A DNA stretch of 64,000 bases. It comes from an uncultured Desulfarculus sp. GTDB taxonomy: Bacteria; Desulfobacterota; Desulfarculia; Desulfarculales; Desulfarculaceae. Position numbers and translations under genes: made by a program. The notes beneath the pieces are model-generated. The model was not told the DNA's origin. It saw nothing but the letters and a program-made list of their open reading frames with translations, and searched no databases. The stretch is taken from positions 160,001-224,000 of the forward strand of contig CAXXUK010000002.1 in assembly GCA_963665125.2 (NCBI GenBank), read 5' to 3'. This document shows positions 28,382-38,355 of the stretch, piece by piece; the first letter of the stretch is position 1, and each line of letters starts with the position of its first letter.

Positions 28382-28779
28382 AGCTGGAAAAACGCCTTGA
28401 ATATGCAAAAAATGTCGTCGGCAAAGACCCCTGGGCCCAGTTCGTGGGCATCGAGATCGAGGAAGTGAGCCATGCCTACGCCAAGGTGAGCCTGGTACCC
28501 CAGGCCAGGCACCTCAACGCCATGGACATGGTCCACGGCGCGGCGCTTTACGCCCTGGCCGACCAGGCCTTCGCCGTGGCCTCCAACACCCTGGAACGGC
28601 CCAATGTGCTCATCGAATCCAACATGAATTACATGAGCGCCGGCAAGGCCGGCTCCAAGCTCACCGCCGAGGTGCGGGCCAGGGACCTCAAACGCAAGCT
28701 GGCCATCTGGGATGTCGAGATAAGCGACGAAACCGGCAAGATCATCGTCCTGGGCCGCGGCATCACCTATGGCAAGTGA
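28369..28779 (+). CDS. PaaI-family hotdog thioesterase
   Basis: HLNAMDMVHGAALYALADQAF. Confidence 0.88.
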   Translation: MSGLELEKRLEYAKNVVGKDPWAQFVGIEIEEVSHAYAKVSLVPQARHLNAMDMVHGAALYALADQAFAVASNTLERPNVLIESNMNYMSAGKAGSKLTAEVRARDLKRKLAIWDVEISDETGKIIVLGRGITYGK

Positions 28780-28788
28780 GGCGCCTGT

Positions 28789-29703
28789 TTGAGGCCCACC
28801 GACTACGCCCTTTTGATCGTGGCCTTCGCCGGGCTGGCCCTTGGATGGCTCTGGCCCGCCGTGGGCCTGATCGGCGAACCATACACGGTCTACATGATGA
28901 TCACGGTGCTGTTTCTGGCCTTTTTGCGGCTGGACTACGGCGCCCTGTTGACCATCAACGGCAAACTGGCCCTGCGTCTGGGCCTATGGACCACGGTCAA
29001 GCTTCTGCTGTTGCCGCTGGCCGTGTGGGCGGTGTTCCGCGCCCTGGCCCCGGAGTGGTCCCTGCCCGCTCTGATCCTAAGCGGCATCAGCGCCGGGGTG
29101 ACCTCGCCGTTTTTCGCCGGGTTGCTGGGCGCGGATATGGCCGCCAGCCTGCGCCTGGTGGTGTCCAGCACGCTGTTGGCCCCTCTTAGCCTGCCGGCCC
29201 TCATCGAGTGGCTGGAGGGCCACAGAGTGCACATCGCCTTTGGCGACATGGCTGCCAACCTGGCCTTTGTGGTGTTCACGCCGTTGATCCTGGCCGGTCT
29301 GTTGCGCCGCTTTGGGCCAAAGGCGGCGGGGGCCATCGCCGCCAGGCACATGCCCATCACCATGGTCATGTTTTTTTGCATCAACGCGGCCATCGCCGCC
29401 GGGTACAACGATTTCCTGCACCGCAACCCCCTGGATATTCTGGTCGTGCTTGGTTTGGCCACGGCCCTGAGCATCGCCTACATCGGTTTCGGCCTGGTCA
29501 TGGGCAAGGCCAGCGGCGGGCGCGTCGACGGCCTGACCGGGGCGGTTGGCCTGGCCTTTTGCAATAACGTCCTGGCCATGGTCTTTTCCCGGGAATTTTT
29601 CGGGCCCGAGACGGCGCTGTTGAGCGCGGCCTACACCTTCCCGTTCTTTTTGCAACTTATCCCCTTGCGCCTGGCCGCTGGCCGGGCCGACCGGAGTGGC
29701 TGA
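28789..29703 (+). CDS. Bile acid:sodium symporter family transporter
   Basis: Highly hydrophobic; SAGVTSPFFAGLLGAD, STLLAPLSLP. Confidence 0.75.
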   Translation: MRPTDYALLIVAFAGLALGWLWPAVGLIGEPYTVYMMITVLFLAFLRLDYGALLTINGKLALRLGLWTTVKLLLLPLAVWAVFRALAPEWSLPALILSGISAGVTSPFFAGLLGADMAASLRLVVSSTLLAPLSLPALIEWLEGHRVHIAFGDMAANLAFVVFTPLILAGLLRRFGPKAAGAIAARHMPITMVMFFCINAAIAAGYNDFLHRNPLDILVVLGLATALSIAYIGFGLVMGKASGGRVDGLTGAVGLAFCNNVLAMVFSREFFGPETALLSAAYTFPFFLQLIPLRLAAGRADRSG

Positions 29704-30806
29704 TGGTTTGGCAAAGACTGGCGTTTTTAGGCGTATACCTGCTTGTCTACGGATTCATCAACTTGGAAATATACCGCTTTGTAAGGCCCATCCTGCCCCA
29801 GGCCCAGCCGGTGCGCTGGCTGTTCATGGCCTGGCTGGTGCTGATGGTGGCGGCTCCGGCCATTTCGCGGATAGTTGAATATTTCGGACATATCGGCGTA
29901 GCGGCGGTTTTCGACGTGGTGGGCTATTGGTGGATGGGTTTCGCCTTTATCGGAGTGCTGGTCTATCTGGTGGTGTGGCTGGCCGGGCTGGTCCTGCCTT
30001 TTTCGCCCAAGACCATGACCCTGGTGGGTCTGGGCCTGACCCTGGCCCTATTTGCCTATGGCTTTATCGAGGCGGCCAACCCCAGGCTGACATTCGTGGA
30101 AATCGAGGTCGACCTGCCGCCGGGCACGGAGCGCATCCGCATCGCCCAGATCACCGACCAGCACCTGGGCTACACCATGAACTCGACCCGGCTGGCCAAT
30201 GTCTGCGCCATGGTGGCCTCCCAGAATCCGGACGTCGTGGTCAGCACCGGCGATTTGCTGGAAAATGTCTTGCCCGACGCCGACCACGCCCTGAAACCAT
30301 TGAAGGACCTCGACCCTCCCCTGGGTAAATACGCCGTATTCGGCAACCACGAAACGTATATGGACGCCAGGGCGGCCCTGGACTACCACCAACGGACCGG
30401 TTTCAAGGTGCTCCGCGACGAAGTGGCCGTGGCCGGAGACAAGCTGATCGTCGGAGGCATGGATTTCCGCAACCACCTGGACCCGGAAAAAGAGTTGGCA
30501 GTGCTGAAAAAAATGCAAAACGGCCTGCCCAGGCTTTTTTTAAAACACAGGCCCAAAGTGGTCGACGGCGGTGGCGAGTATTTTGACCTGATGCTGGCCG
30601 GACATACCCACGCGGGCCAGATCTGGCCCTTCCGTTATATCGTGAAGATGATTTTCCCAATGATAGAAGGTGAATACGAATTGCCGGGCGGCGGCAGGGT
30701 CTTTGTAAGCCGGGGATCGGGGAGTTGGGGCCCGCCGGTCAGGCTGCTGGCCCCTCCCGAGGTTGTGATAGCCGATCTGGTGCCCGGCAAAGGCAACGGC
30801 CAATAG
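29703..30806 (+). CDS. Membrane-anchored metallophosphoesterase
   Basis: N-terminal TMs; TDQH, TGD, GNHE, GHTHAGQ. Confidence 0.9.
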   Translation: MVWQRLAFLGVYLLVYGFINLEIYRFVRPILPQAQPVRWLFMAWLVLMVAAPAISRIVEYFGHIGVAAVFDVVGYWWMGFAFIGVLVYLVVWLAGLVLPFSPKTMTLVGLGLTLALFAYGFIEAANPRLTFVEIEVDLPPGTERIRIAQITDQHLGYTMNSTRLANVCAMVASQNPDVVVSTGDLLENVLPDADHALKPLKDLDPPLGKYAVFGNHETYMDARAALDYHQRTGFKVLRDEVAVAGDKLIVGGMDFRNHLDPEKELAVLKKMQNGLPRLFLKHRPKVVDGGGEYFDLMLAGHTHAGQIWPFRYIVKMIFPMIEGEYELPGGGRVFVSRGSGSWGPPVRLLAPPEVVIADLVPGKGNGQ

Positions 30807-30870
30807 GCCACCAGGGTTAAACGCCCCGCCGGAGCCAAACCCTGTCTACGCCGTCCGCCGGGGAGTCCTA

Positions 30871-31197
30871 TCAGCCCAGGGCTTCTTCCTTGTTGGCGTA
30901 CAGGGGGATGATCTTGGCGAAGCCGGCAATCTCGAACACCTGCTTGACTTCGGCGCGCAGACCATAGAGGCCCAGTTTGCCCTTCCGGGCGCCCATTTCC
31001 TTGGCCCGCATCAGCATTACGCGAAGGCCCGCGCTGCTGATGTACTCCAACTCGCTGAGGTCGCAAAGCAGGAGCTTGTCGTCGGCCTCGAGGAGTTTCT
31101 GCATTTCCTGGTCAACTTTCGGGCTGCTGCTGGCGTCCAGGCGGCCGGTGAGTTTGCAGATGAGAGCGCCGCCATCGCGGGTTGCCGTTACTTCCAT
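30871..31197 (-). CDS. STAS-domain anti-sigma factor antagonist
   Basis: GRLD, DLSELEYISSAGLR, VFEIAG. Confidence 0.92.
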   Translation of the reverse strand: MEVTATRDGGALICKLTGRLDASSSPKVDQEMQKLLEADDKLLLCDLSELEYISSAGLRVMLMRAKEMGARKGKLGLYGLRAEVKQVFEIAGFAKIIPLYANKEEALG

Positions 31198-31386
31198 GGA
31201 ATTCTCCTTTTTTCAGCTTCCAAGGGATTCTTGCAGGTCTTGGCCTCCATGTCAAACCCAACCGCTACCAAAGCTAATCCATTTTTTCTTTGGTCCTTTG
31301 CTTTATTATTTATAATAAGTTAGCAAAGACCCGCGGAATCCACGGTATTTTGTCCACCCGAGAGCCGAGGCAGTGCGAGGAGCGAC

Positions 31387-33291
31387 ATGCGTAGTTCAAA
31401 GAATACATATTGGCCGGATGATTATCAGTGTAAAAAGTATAACATGACCCAGGCCATCAGCAGGATTCGGCCGGGTCAGCGCGTCTTTATCGGTTCGGCC
31501 GCCGGAGAGCCCCAGGCCCTTGTGCGGGAATTGTCCAAAAGCAGCCAGCATTTCACCGATCTGGAGGTGGTGCGCATCCTCAGCCTGGAGAGCTCACCCC
31601 TGGCGCCCATCGCCATGCGTACATCCGATCATAGCATGAACATGCGCTATTTCTATCTGGGCTCGGGCAAGACCCAGACCCTGGCGGCTCACAAACGCTT
31701 TTTCTCGCCCGTCAACCTCTCGGCCGTGCCCCGTCTGTTCAAGACCCGGCAACTGCCCATCCACGTGGCCCTGGTGCAATGCAGCCCGCCCGACGATTTC
31801 GGCTGGATGAGCCTGGGTGTATCGGTGGACGTTACCATGGCCGCGGTGCAGGCCGCCGACATGGTCATCGTTCAGGTCAATGAAAACATGCCCCGGGTCC
31901 TGGGCAACAGTTTTGTCCATGTCAACGACGTTGACATCATTGTTGAGCACGATGAAGAACTCATCGGCATCGAACGGTCGCCAAATCTGGAATCGGCCAA
32001 CCTCATAGCCCAACACGTGACCAAGCTCATCGACGACGGCTCCACCCTGCAAATGAGCCTTGGGGCCACTCCCCAGGCCATTTTGCTGGGCGTGTCCACT
32101 AAAAACGATTTGGGCGTGCATACCCAGTTCGTCACCGACGGCACAATGAAGCTGTTTTCCATGGGCGTGATCAACAACAAGAAAAAGGGCTTCAACGAGG
32201 GCCGCATGGTGGCCAGCGGGGCCATCGGCAGCAAAAGCCTGTACGAGTTTTTAAACGACAACCCGGCGGTTGGTTTCCATCCCTCGGACTATGTCAACGA
32301 TCCGGCCATCATCGCCCGCCACAACAAGATGGTTTCAGTCAACGTGGCCATGGGTATGGACCTGACCGGCCAGGCGGCGGCCGACGCCCTGCCCTACAAT
32401 CACTACTCCGGCGTAAACGGGACCATGGACTTCATCCGGGGAGCACAGAACTCGCCGGGCGGCAAGTCCATTTTGATGCTGCCCTCGACCACCCTGGACG
32501 GCAAGTCCAGCCGCATTGTCGCGGACCTGGGCTCCATACCCATCGTGGTGCCCAGGGCTGACGTGCAATACGTGGTAACCGAATTCGGCGTGGTCAACCT
32601 GTTCGGCAAGACCCTTCAGGAGCGGGCCATCGCCCTTATCAGCATCGCCCATCCTGATTTCCGCGACGAATTGTATGAAAAGGCCAAGGACATCGGCCTG
32701 TTGGCTCCGGAGCGCACCTTTGCCGACACCATCAAGAGCGTATACCCCCTCAAGTTGGAGGAAAGACGGACCATCGACGGCCAGGAGGTGTTCTTCCGTC
32801 CGGCCCGGCCCACCGACGAGCGCAGCATCCAGGAGCACTACTACAGCCTGGACCACCGCGACGTGGTGCGGCGCTTCATGGCCGAAAAATCCAGCTTTCT
32901 GCGGGAAGACCTGGTGGGCATGTACCAGGTGGACTATATCCATGACATGACCATGGTGGCCTCGGTGGGCGAACTGGGCTTTGAAAAGGTAATCGCCGTG
33001 GGCGGCTATTTCCTCAACCCGGCCACCAATATCGCCGAGGTGGCCTACAGCGTGAGCAAGGAGTGGCAGGGCAAGGGCATCTCGAAGATCATTCAGGAAA
33101 AACTGGCCAACGCGGCAAGGGAGCACGGCATCGCCGGGCTGGAGGCCTACACCTTCCCCCACAACAAGGCAATGATCGGCCTGTTCGACAAGCTGCCCTA
33201 CGAGGTGCACACCAAGCTGGTGGAGGACACCCTGGTTCTGGAATGCCGCTTTGACGAGCCGAAAAAAGTAGAGGAGTCCTGCCAGGTCTAG
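31387..33291 (+). CDS. Acetyl-CoA hydrolase/4-hydroxybutyrate CoA-transferase-like domain fused to a C-terminal GNAT domain
   Basis: SLGVSVD, DGSTLQ, YVNDP, YVVTEFGV, LISIAHPDFR; then AEVAYSVSKEWQGKGI. Confidence 0.9.
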   Translation: MRSSKNTYWPDDYQCKKYNMTQAISRIRPGQRVFIGSAAGEPQALVRELSKSSQHFTDLEVVRILSLESSPLAPIAMRTSDHSMNMRYFYLGSGKTQTLAAHKRFFSPVNLSAVPRLFKTRQLPIHVALVQCSPPDDFGWMSLGVSVDVTMAAVQAADMVIVQVNENMPRVLGNSFVHVNDVDIIVEHDEELIGIERSPNLESANLIAQHVTKLIDDGSTLQMSLGATPQAILLGVSTKNDLGVHTQFVTDGTMKLFSMGVINNKKKGFNEGRMVASGAIGSKSLYEFLNDNPAVGFHPSDYVNDPAIIARHNKMVSVNVAMGMDLTGQAAADALPYNHYSGVNGTMDFIRGAQNSPGGKSILMLPSTTLDGKSSRIVADLGSIPIVVPRADVQYVVTEFGVVNLFGKTLQERAIALISIAHPDFRDELYEKAKDIGLLAPERTFADTIKSVYPLKLEERRTIDGQEVFFRPARPTDERSIQEHYYSLDHRDVVRRFMAEKSSFLREDLVGMYQVDYIHDMTMVASVGELGFEKVIAVGGYFLNPATNIAEVAYSVSKEWQGKGISKIIQEKLANAAREHGIAGLEAYTFPHNKAMIGLFDKLPYEVHTKLVEDTLVLECRFDEPKKVEESCQV

Positions 33292-33314
33292 CCGGGCACA
33301 ATCATCTGAACCAC

Positions 33315-33353
33315 AAAGCCCTCGCCCGATACCGGGTTGGGGGCTTTTTCTTT
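33315..33353. terminator. Probable bidirectional terminator
   Basis: AAAGCCC..GCCCG-ATAC-CGGGT..GGGCTTTTT between convergent genes. Confidence 0.6.
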
Positions 33354-34240
33354 TACACCGGGTCGATATGCACGATGACCTGGTCCAGGCCCTCGACATC
33401 GCGCAGCAGGCACAGTTCCACCGTCTTGGCGATGGCGTGGCCCTCGGCAACGGTGAGGTCCTTGGGCACGGCCACATGGATCTGGGCCTGGATCAACCCG
33501 CCCGAGGTACGCACCTTGAGGTCGTGAAAATTCTTTACGCCGGGCACGGTGAGCACGCAATGCTTGATGGAGCCGATGACCTCCGGGGGCGGGGCGGCGT
33601 CGGAAAGCTCGCGCATGGACTTCCACACGGTCATGAATCCGGCCCAGAGGATCATCGCCGCCACGACCATGGTCGCCGCGCCGTCGGCCCAATGGGCTCC
33701 GGGCCAGACCATGGCGACGGCCACGCCGAGAAGGACCGCAACCGAGGACAGGGCGTCGCTGCGGTGATGCCAGGCGTTGGCCTGCACCGAGGCGCTTTTG
33801 ATGCGCTTGCCGATGTTCATGGTCATCCGGTAAAGCACTTCCTTGACGACAATGCTCACCAGGGCCACCAAAAGTGCTATTGCCGTGGGCTGGGGCTGGG
33901 GCGGACCGGTGATGTCCAGCCACGAGTCGTAAAACAACACCGCCGATGCCCCGGCCAGGATCAGTCCGACGATGGCCGCGGCCATGGTCTCCACCCGGCC
34001 GTGGCCGAAGTGGTGATTGGCGTCCGGGGCCTTGCCCCGCATGCGCAGGCCCCACAGCACTATGAAATCGCTGAACAGATCGCTCAGCGAATGGATCGCG
34101 TCGGCTATCAGTGCTTGGCTGCGGCCCAGCCAGCCGCCGATCAGCTTGACCACGGTCAGCAGTATGTTGGCCAATAGGCCGATCCAGGTGATCCGGCGGC
34201 CCGACCGTTCTTTTTGTTCGCCAGGGCTGTTTATACTCAT
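33353..34240 (-). CDS. Cation diffusion facilitator (FieF-like)
   Basis: ALIADAIHSLSD, HHFGHGRVE, AWHHRSD, HIDP. Confidence 0.93.
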   Translation of the reverse strand: MSINSPGEQKERSGRRITWIGLLANILLTVVKLIGGWLGRSQALIADAIHSLSDLFSDFIVLWGLRMRGKAPDANHHFGHGRVETMAAAIVGLILAGASAVLFYDSWLDITGPPQPQPTAIALLVALVSIVVKEVLYRMTMNIGKRIKSASVQANAWHHRSDALSSVAVLLGVAVAMVWPGAHWADGAATMVVAAMILWAGFMTVWKSMRELSDAAPPPEVIGSIKHCVLTVPGVKNFHDLKVRTSGGLIQAQIHVAVPKDLTVAEGHAIAKTVELCLLRDVEGLDQVIVHIDPV

Positions 34241-34594
34241 ACAAGTTCCTAGAATTTGGTCAGGGCATTATAACCGGAATAGGGGCAAGATAAAACCAGG
34301 GCGGCCATTCCGGGCTTTCTGTTTTGCCCCGGTGGGCCATTTTTTTGTGGACCGTGGTTCTTAATCACCTGATTTTTTTGGCTCAGAATTAATGCGGGCC
34401 ATACTTTTATCGGGCCAGCTTTTCCACGGCTCTGTTTTACTGCGCCCGTGTTTCCGGCAGGCCCGGTCTTTGGCGCTGTTCTTTAAAATCCCGAAAAGTC
34501 GGACAAATGCAAAAAAGCGAGAAGCTGTTTCCTTTTGCCAGGCGCATTGGTCCCTGCCATAATCAAAAGAACAATCGCCCATATGGAGAAGCAA

Positions 34595-36493
34595 ATGAGC
34601 AAAAAGGCATCGCGGTCGCTGATCAGCAGCTATGACCTGCACCTGTTCAACGAGGGCAGCCACACCAAGATCTATGAAAAGATGGGCGCCCATGTCACCG
34701 ACGATGGCTGCCATTTCAGCGTGTGGGCCCCCAACGCCCATATGGTTTTTGTTTTCGGCGATTTCAATGACTGGCAAAAGCATTCCATGCCCATGGTCAG
34801 AAAAGACCAGTCGGGCATCTGGGAGGCCTTCGTTCCCGGCGCCAAGGTGGGTCAGTCGTATAAATATCACATTGAATCAAAGTACATGGCCTACAAGGTC
34901 GACAAGGCCGACCCAATCGGCTTCATGCACGAGACGCCGCCCAAGACCGCCAGCGTCATCCGTAATCTGGACTATGAATGGGGCGACGCCGATTGGATGG
35001 CCAAGCGGGCCCAAGCCGACTATCTGAGGCAGCCGGTGAGCGCCTACGAGGTCCACGCCGGGTCGTGGCGCTGGACCGGCGGCGAGGACTCCCGGCCCCT
35101 GGGCTATGAGGAGTTGGGCCGCCAGCTGGCCGAGTACTGCACCAGAATGAGTTACACTCATGTGGAACTGTTGCCCGTAATGGAGCACCCCTACGGCCTG
35201 TCCTGGGGCTACCAGTGCACCGGATTCTTCGCGCCCACCAGCCGTTTCGGCACGCCCCAGGACTTCATGCGCATGGTCGACATCCTGCACCAGGCGGACA
35301 TCGGAGTGATCCTGGATTGGGTGCCCAGCCATTTCCCGGAGGACGAGCACGGCCTGAAGTTTTTTGACGGCACCCACCTCTACGAGCATGCCGACCCCCG
35401 CCAGGGCTTTCACCCGGATTGGAAAAGCGCCATCTTCAACTACGGCCGCAACGAGGTGCGCTCGTTTTTGCTCTCCAGCGCCAATTTCTGGCTGGACGTG
35501 ATGCACTGCGACGGCTTGCGGGTCGATGCGGTGGCCTCGCTGTTGTATCTGAACTTTTCCCGCGAGGAAGGCGAGTGGATACCCAACGAATACGGCGGCA
35601 ATGAAAACCTGGCCGCGGTGAGTCTGCTCAGGCGGCTCAACAGCGATGTCTACGGCAACTACCCCGGCGTGATGACCATTGCCGAGGAGTCCACGGCCTG
35701 GCCCATGGTCAGCCGGCCGACCTATCTGGGCGGCCTGGGATTCGGCTACAAGTGGGACATGGGCTGGATGCACGACACGCTCAAGTATTTCGGACTGGAC
35801 CCCATCCACCGCAGGTATCACCACAACAAACTGACATTCCGGGGCTTGTACGCCTATAGCGAAAACTATGTCCTGGCCTTGAGCCACGACGAGGTGGTTC
35901 ACGGCAAGCGCTCGATGATCGACAAGATGCCCGGCGATTTGTGGCGGCAGTTCGCCAACCTGCGGCTGTTGTACGCCTATCAGTACGCCCAGCCGGGCAA
36001 GAAGCTGCTGTTCATGGGCGGCGAGTTCGGCCAACGCAGCGAATGGTATTCAGAGGTGAGCCTGGATTGGCAGTTGCTGGAGTTTCCCGAGCACCGGGGC
36101 CTCCAGGACTGGGTGGCCGACCTCAACGCCCTGTACAAGAGCAACCCGGCCATGCACCGCCTGGACTGCGACCCGTCCGGTTTCAGCTGGATCGACTGCA
36201 ACGACTGGGACAACAGCGTCCTGGCCCTGATGCGCTACGACGGCCGGGGCGCCAAGGTGGCCGCGGTGTTCAACTTCACGCCCATCGTGCGCCGTGGCTA
36301 TCTGGTGGGCGTGGACCAGGGCGGCCAATGGCGCGAGGTGCTAAACAGCGACGCCAAGTGTTACGGCGGATCGGATGTGGGCAACGGCGGGATGGTCACG
36401 GCCCATGAAGGCGAGGTGCACGGCAGGCCGTATCATCTTAGTTTGACCCTGCCGCCGCTGGGCGCGTTGTTCTTCGAGCCTGTGGAAGATTAG
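34595..36493 (+). CDS. glgB: 1,4-alpha-glucan branching enzyme
   Basis: FSVWAPNA, YEVHAGSW, WGYQ, DWVPSHFP, DGLRVDAV, AEESTAWP, LSHDEVVHGK; ATG 34595 behind GGAG. Confidence 0.97.
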   Translation: MSKKASRSLISSYDLHLFNEGSHTKIYEKMGAHVTDDGCHFSVWAPNAHMVFVFGDFNDWQKHSMPMVRKDQSGIWEAFVPGAKVGQSYKYHIESKYMAYKVDKADPIGFMHETPPKTASVIRNLDYEWGDADWMAKRAQADYLRQPVSAYEVHAGSWRWTGGEDSRPLGYEELGRQLAEYCTRMSYTHVELLPVMEHPYGLSWGYQCTGFFAPTSRFGTPQDFMRMVDILHQADIGVILDWVPSHFPEDEHGLKFFDGTHLYEHADPRQGFHPDWKSAIFNYGRNEVRSFLLSSANFWLDVMHCDGLRVDAVASLLYLNFSREEGEWIPNEYGGNENLAAVSLLRRLNSDVYGNYPGVMTIAEESTAWPMVSRPTYLGGLGFGYKWDMGWMHDTLKYFGLDPIHRRYHHNKLTFRGLYAYSENYVLALSHDEVVHGKRSMIDKMPGDLWRQFANLRLLYAYQYAQPGKKLLFMGGEFGQRSEWYSEVSLDWQLLEFPEHRGLQDWVADLNALYKSNPAMHRLDCDPSGFSWIDCNDWDNSVLALMRYDGRGAKVAAVFNFTPIVRRGYLVGVDQGGQWREVLNSDAKCYGGSDVGNGGMVTAHEGEVHGRPYHLSLTLPPLGALFFEPVED

Positions 36494-36625
36494 GCCGGGG
36501 CGGCCCAATGCTTGGGCTCCCATATCGCGGGCAGCACTCAGTATTCCAACAAACACCAATGGCCCCGACCGGGCATTTCTAAATAGCAATCCCCTGCTTT
36601 ACGGATAGGCCGCCCAGGACGGGCG

Positions 36626-36839
36626 GCCCGGCGCGGCGCGAAGCCACGCGCCGTAAGCCCCGGAACGGATTCATTCCGGCCGGGGTGCTGCACCTCGGAC
36701 CCAAGGACGGGCCGAGGTGCAAGAAAATAGCAGGGCCAGCCCGGCGCGGCGCGAAGCCACGCGCCGTAAGCCCCGGAACGGATTCATTCCGGCCGGGGCG
36801 CTGCACCACGGGGCCATGGATGGCCCGTGGTGCAAGAAA
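36626..36839. repeat. Two tandem ~101-bp structured repeat units (period 113), REP/MITE-like
   Basis: 36626-36694 and 36739-36807 are identical at 68 of 69 nt; each unit ends in a 10-bp hairpin followed by AGAAA. Confidence 0.9.
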
Positions 36840-36842
36840 TCG

Positions 36843-37460
36843 TTACTTTTTCAGTTCGTTCAGCATATCCTTGGCCACCTGCACGGAAAAGGAATTCGGG
36901 TCCTTGGCGTGCTTGATCACCTTCTCATACCAAAGCTTTGCTTCATCCTTGCGGCCGCACTCTTTGAGAGCATCGGCATAGAGCACCCAAGTGGCCAAGC
37001 CCTGGTCCGAAGGCGGCACGGGGATGGACGGCACCACCTCGGCATACAAGTCGGCGGCCTTGCAGTACTGGCCGGTTTCCTCGTAAAGCCTCACCAGCCG
37101 CTCCTTGACCTGGGGCACGCCCTGGGAATTTGGGTATGTTTTGAGGAAATGCTCCAACAAGGTGACGGCTTCCTTGGTGCGGGCCGGCTCATAGCCCAAA
37201 ATCAGCAGGTTGGAAAGCCGCCAGCAGGAGATCTCGGCATATTCGGTGTCCGGGCACTGCTCGATAATCTCATGGTATCCTTTATAAAATACATCGAGAT
37301 CTTCCTGGGGCGTCTGGCTCAGCTTGGTGAAGATGGCCTTTGCTTTGGCCTTTTGTTCGTTTGGGGATAGCTTTTCTGCCGCCTGGCACAGGCCGAGGCC
37401 AATGGTGAGGACCAAAACGACAGCGATTACCAGGGCCGGCTTGCAGTTTTTTACAAACAC
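36843..37460 (-). CDS. Exported TPR-like protein
   Basis: Signal peptide; helical repeats (FLKTYPNS, EAKLWYEKVIK); GTG start behind GGAG. Confidence 0.75.
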   Translation of the reverse strand: MFVKNCKPALVIAVVLVLTIGLGLCQAAEKLSPNEQKAKAKAIFTKLSQTPQEDLDVFYKGYHEIIEQCPDTEYAEISCWRLSNLLILGYEPARTKEAVTLLEHFLKTYPNSQGVPQVKERLVRLYEETGQYCKAADLYAEVVPSIPVPPSDQGLATWVLYADALKECGRKDEAKLWYEKVIKHAKDPNSFSVQVAKDMLNELKK

Positions 37461-37698
37461 GATACTGCTCCTGTTGAAAAGGACGGTGAATGGGGGCAGC
37501 TATTGAATGTTCGGGTTATGGAAACGATTTTAACACCTGTTTGGGCTCCTTTGGCTAAAACAATACGCGATGACAAAAAACAGCGAAGAATTGAATTGCC
37601 ATCGTCAATATTTGGCACAATTGTGAAAAGCTCAAAATGAACGGTTGTGCCAAACCTCCACGGGGTCTAAAATCACAGCGGGAGCAAGGGAGAAAGCC

Positions 37699-38355
37699 AT
37701 GCATGCCGGGCAAAACCTGGCCCAGGCAGCCATTGACGCACGCTGGTTGTTGCAAAGGGGTTATCCGCGCCAAAAGGTGCTGGACCTGACCGGCGACCGC
37801 CACGCCTTGGACCGCGAAGCCCGGGAGATGATCGCCCGGGGGGTTTTCAACCCGGAAGAGGCCCGAAAACGCAGACAAAAACTGCACGGTTTGGGTCAAT
37901 TGGCTGGCGCCCGCACGGCCGTGGACGGCCACAACGTCATAATCACCCTGGAAACGGCCCTGCGCGGCGATTTGCTCCTTCTGGCCGACGACGGGGCTGT
38001 GCGGGACATCGCCCGGCTGGGCCGCAACCACCGGCCTGGTAGTCTGACCTTGCGGGCGGCGCGGCTGGCCGTGGAAGCCCTGCAACGGGCCGGGGTGGCC
38101 GGGGCCGAGTTTTTCATGCACAGGCCGCTGCCCAAAAGCGGCTGGCTGGCCGGGGAGATCAGAGGCATGCTCCGGGAAGCGGGCCTGGCCGGAGACGCCC
38201 TGACGGTGGATTCGCCCAGGGCTTGCCTGGACGGTTGGCCCGGCCCGGTGTGCAGCGCCGATTCGGCGGTGATTGAAAAGGCGCGAACTCCGGTGGATCT
38301 GGCCGGAGAAATAATAAGGGCCATGATGCCCGCACCAACGGTGAAGAGCCTTTGA
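37699..38355 (+). CDS. DUF434-like protein (probable PIN-related fold)
   Basis: WLLQRGYP..GDRHAL, VDGHNVIITLE, DGAVRDI, SADS. Confidence 0.7.
   Translation: MHAGQNLAQAAIDARWLLQRGYPRQKVLDLTGDRHALDREAREMIARGVFNPEEARKRRQKLHGLGQLAGARTAVDGHNVIITLETALRGDLLLLADDGAVRDIARLGRNHRPGSLTLRAARLAVEALQRAGVAGAEFFMHRPLPKSGWLAGEIRGMLREAGLAGDALTVDSPRACLDGWPGPVCSADSAVIEKARTPVDLAGEIIRAMMPAPTVKSL

Noticed and set aside
36626..36839. CRISPR array
   Set aside because: Only two units, the constant part is ~69 bp, the variable part is itself a hairpin, and there are no cas genes.
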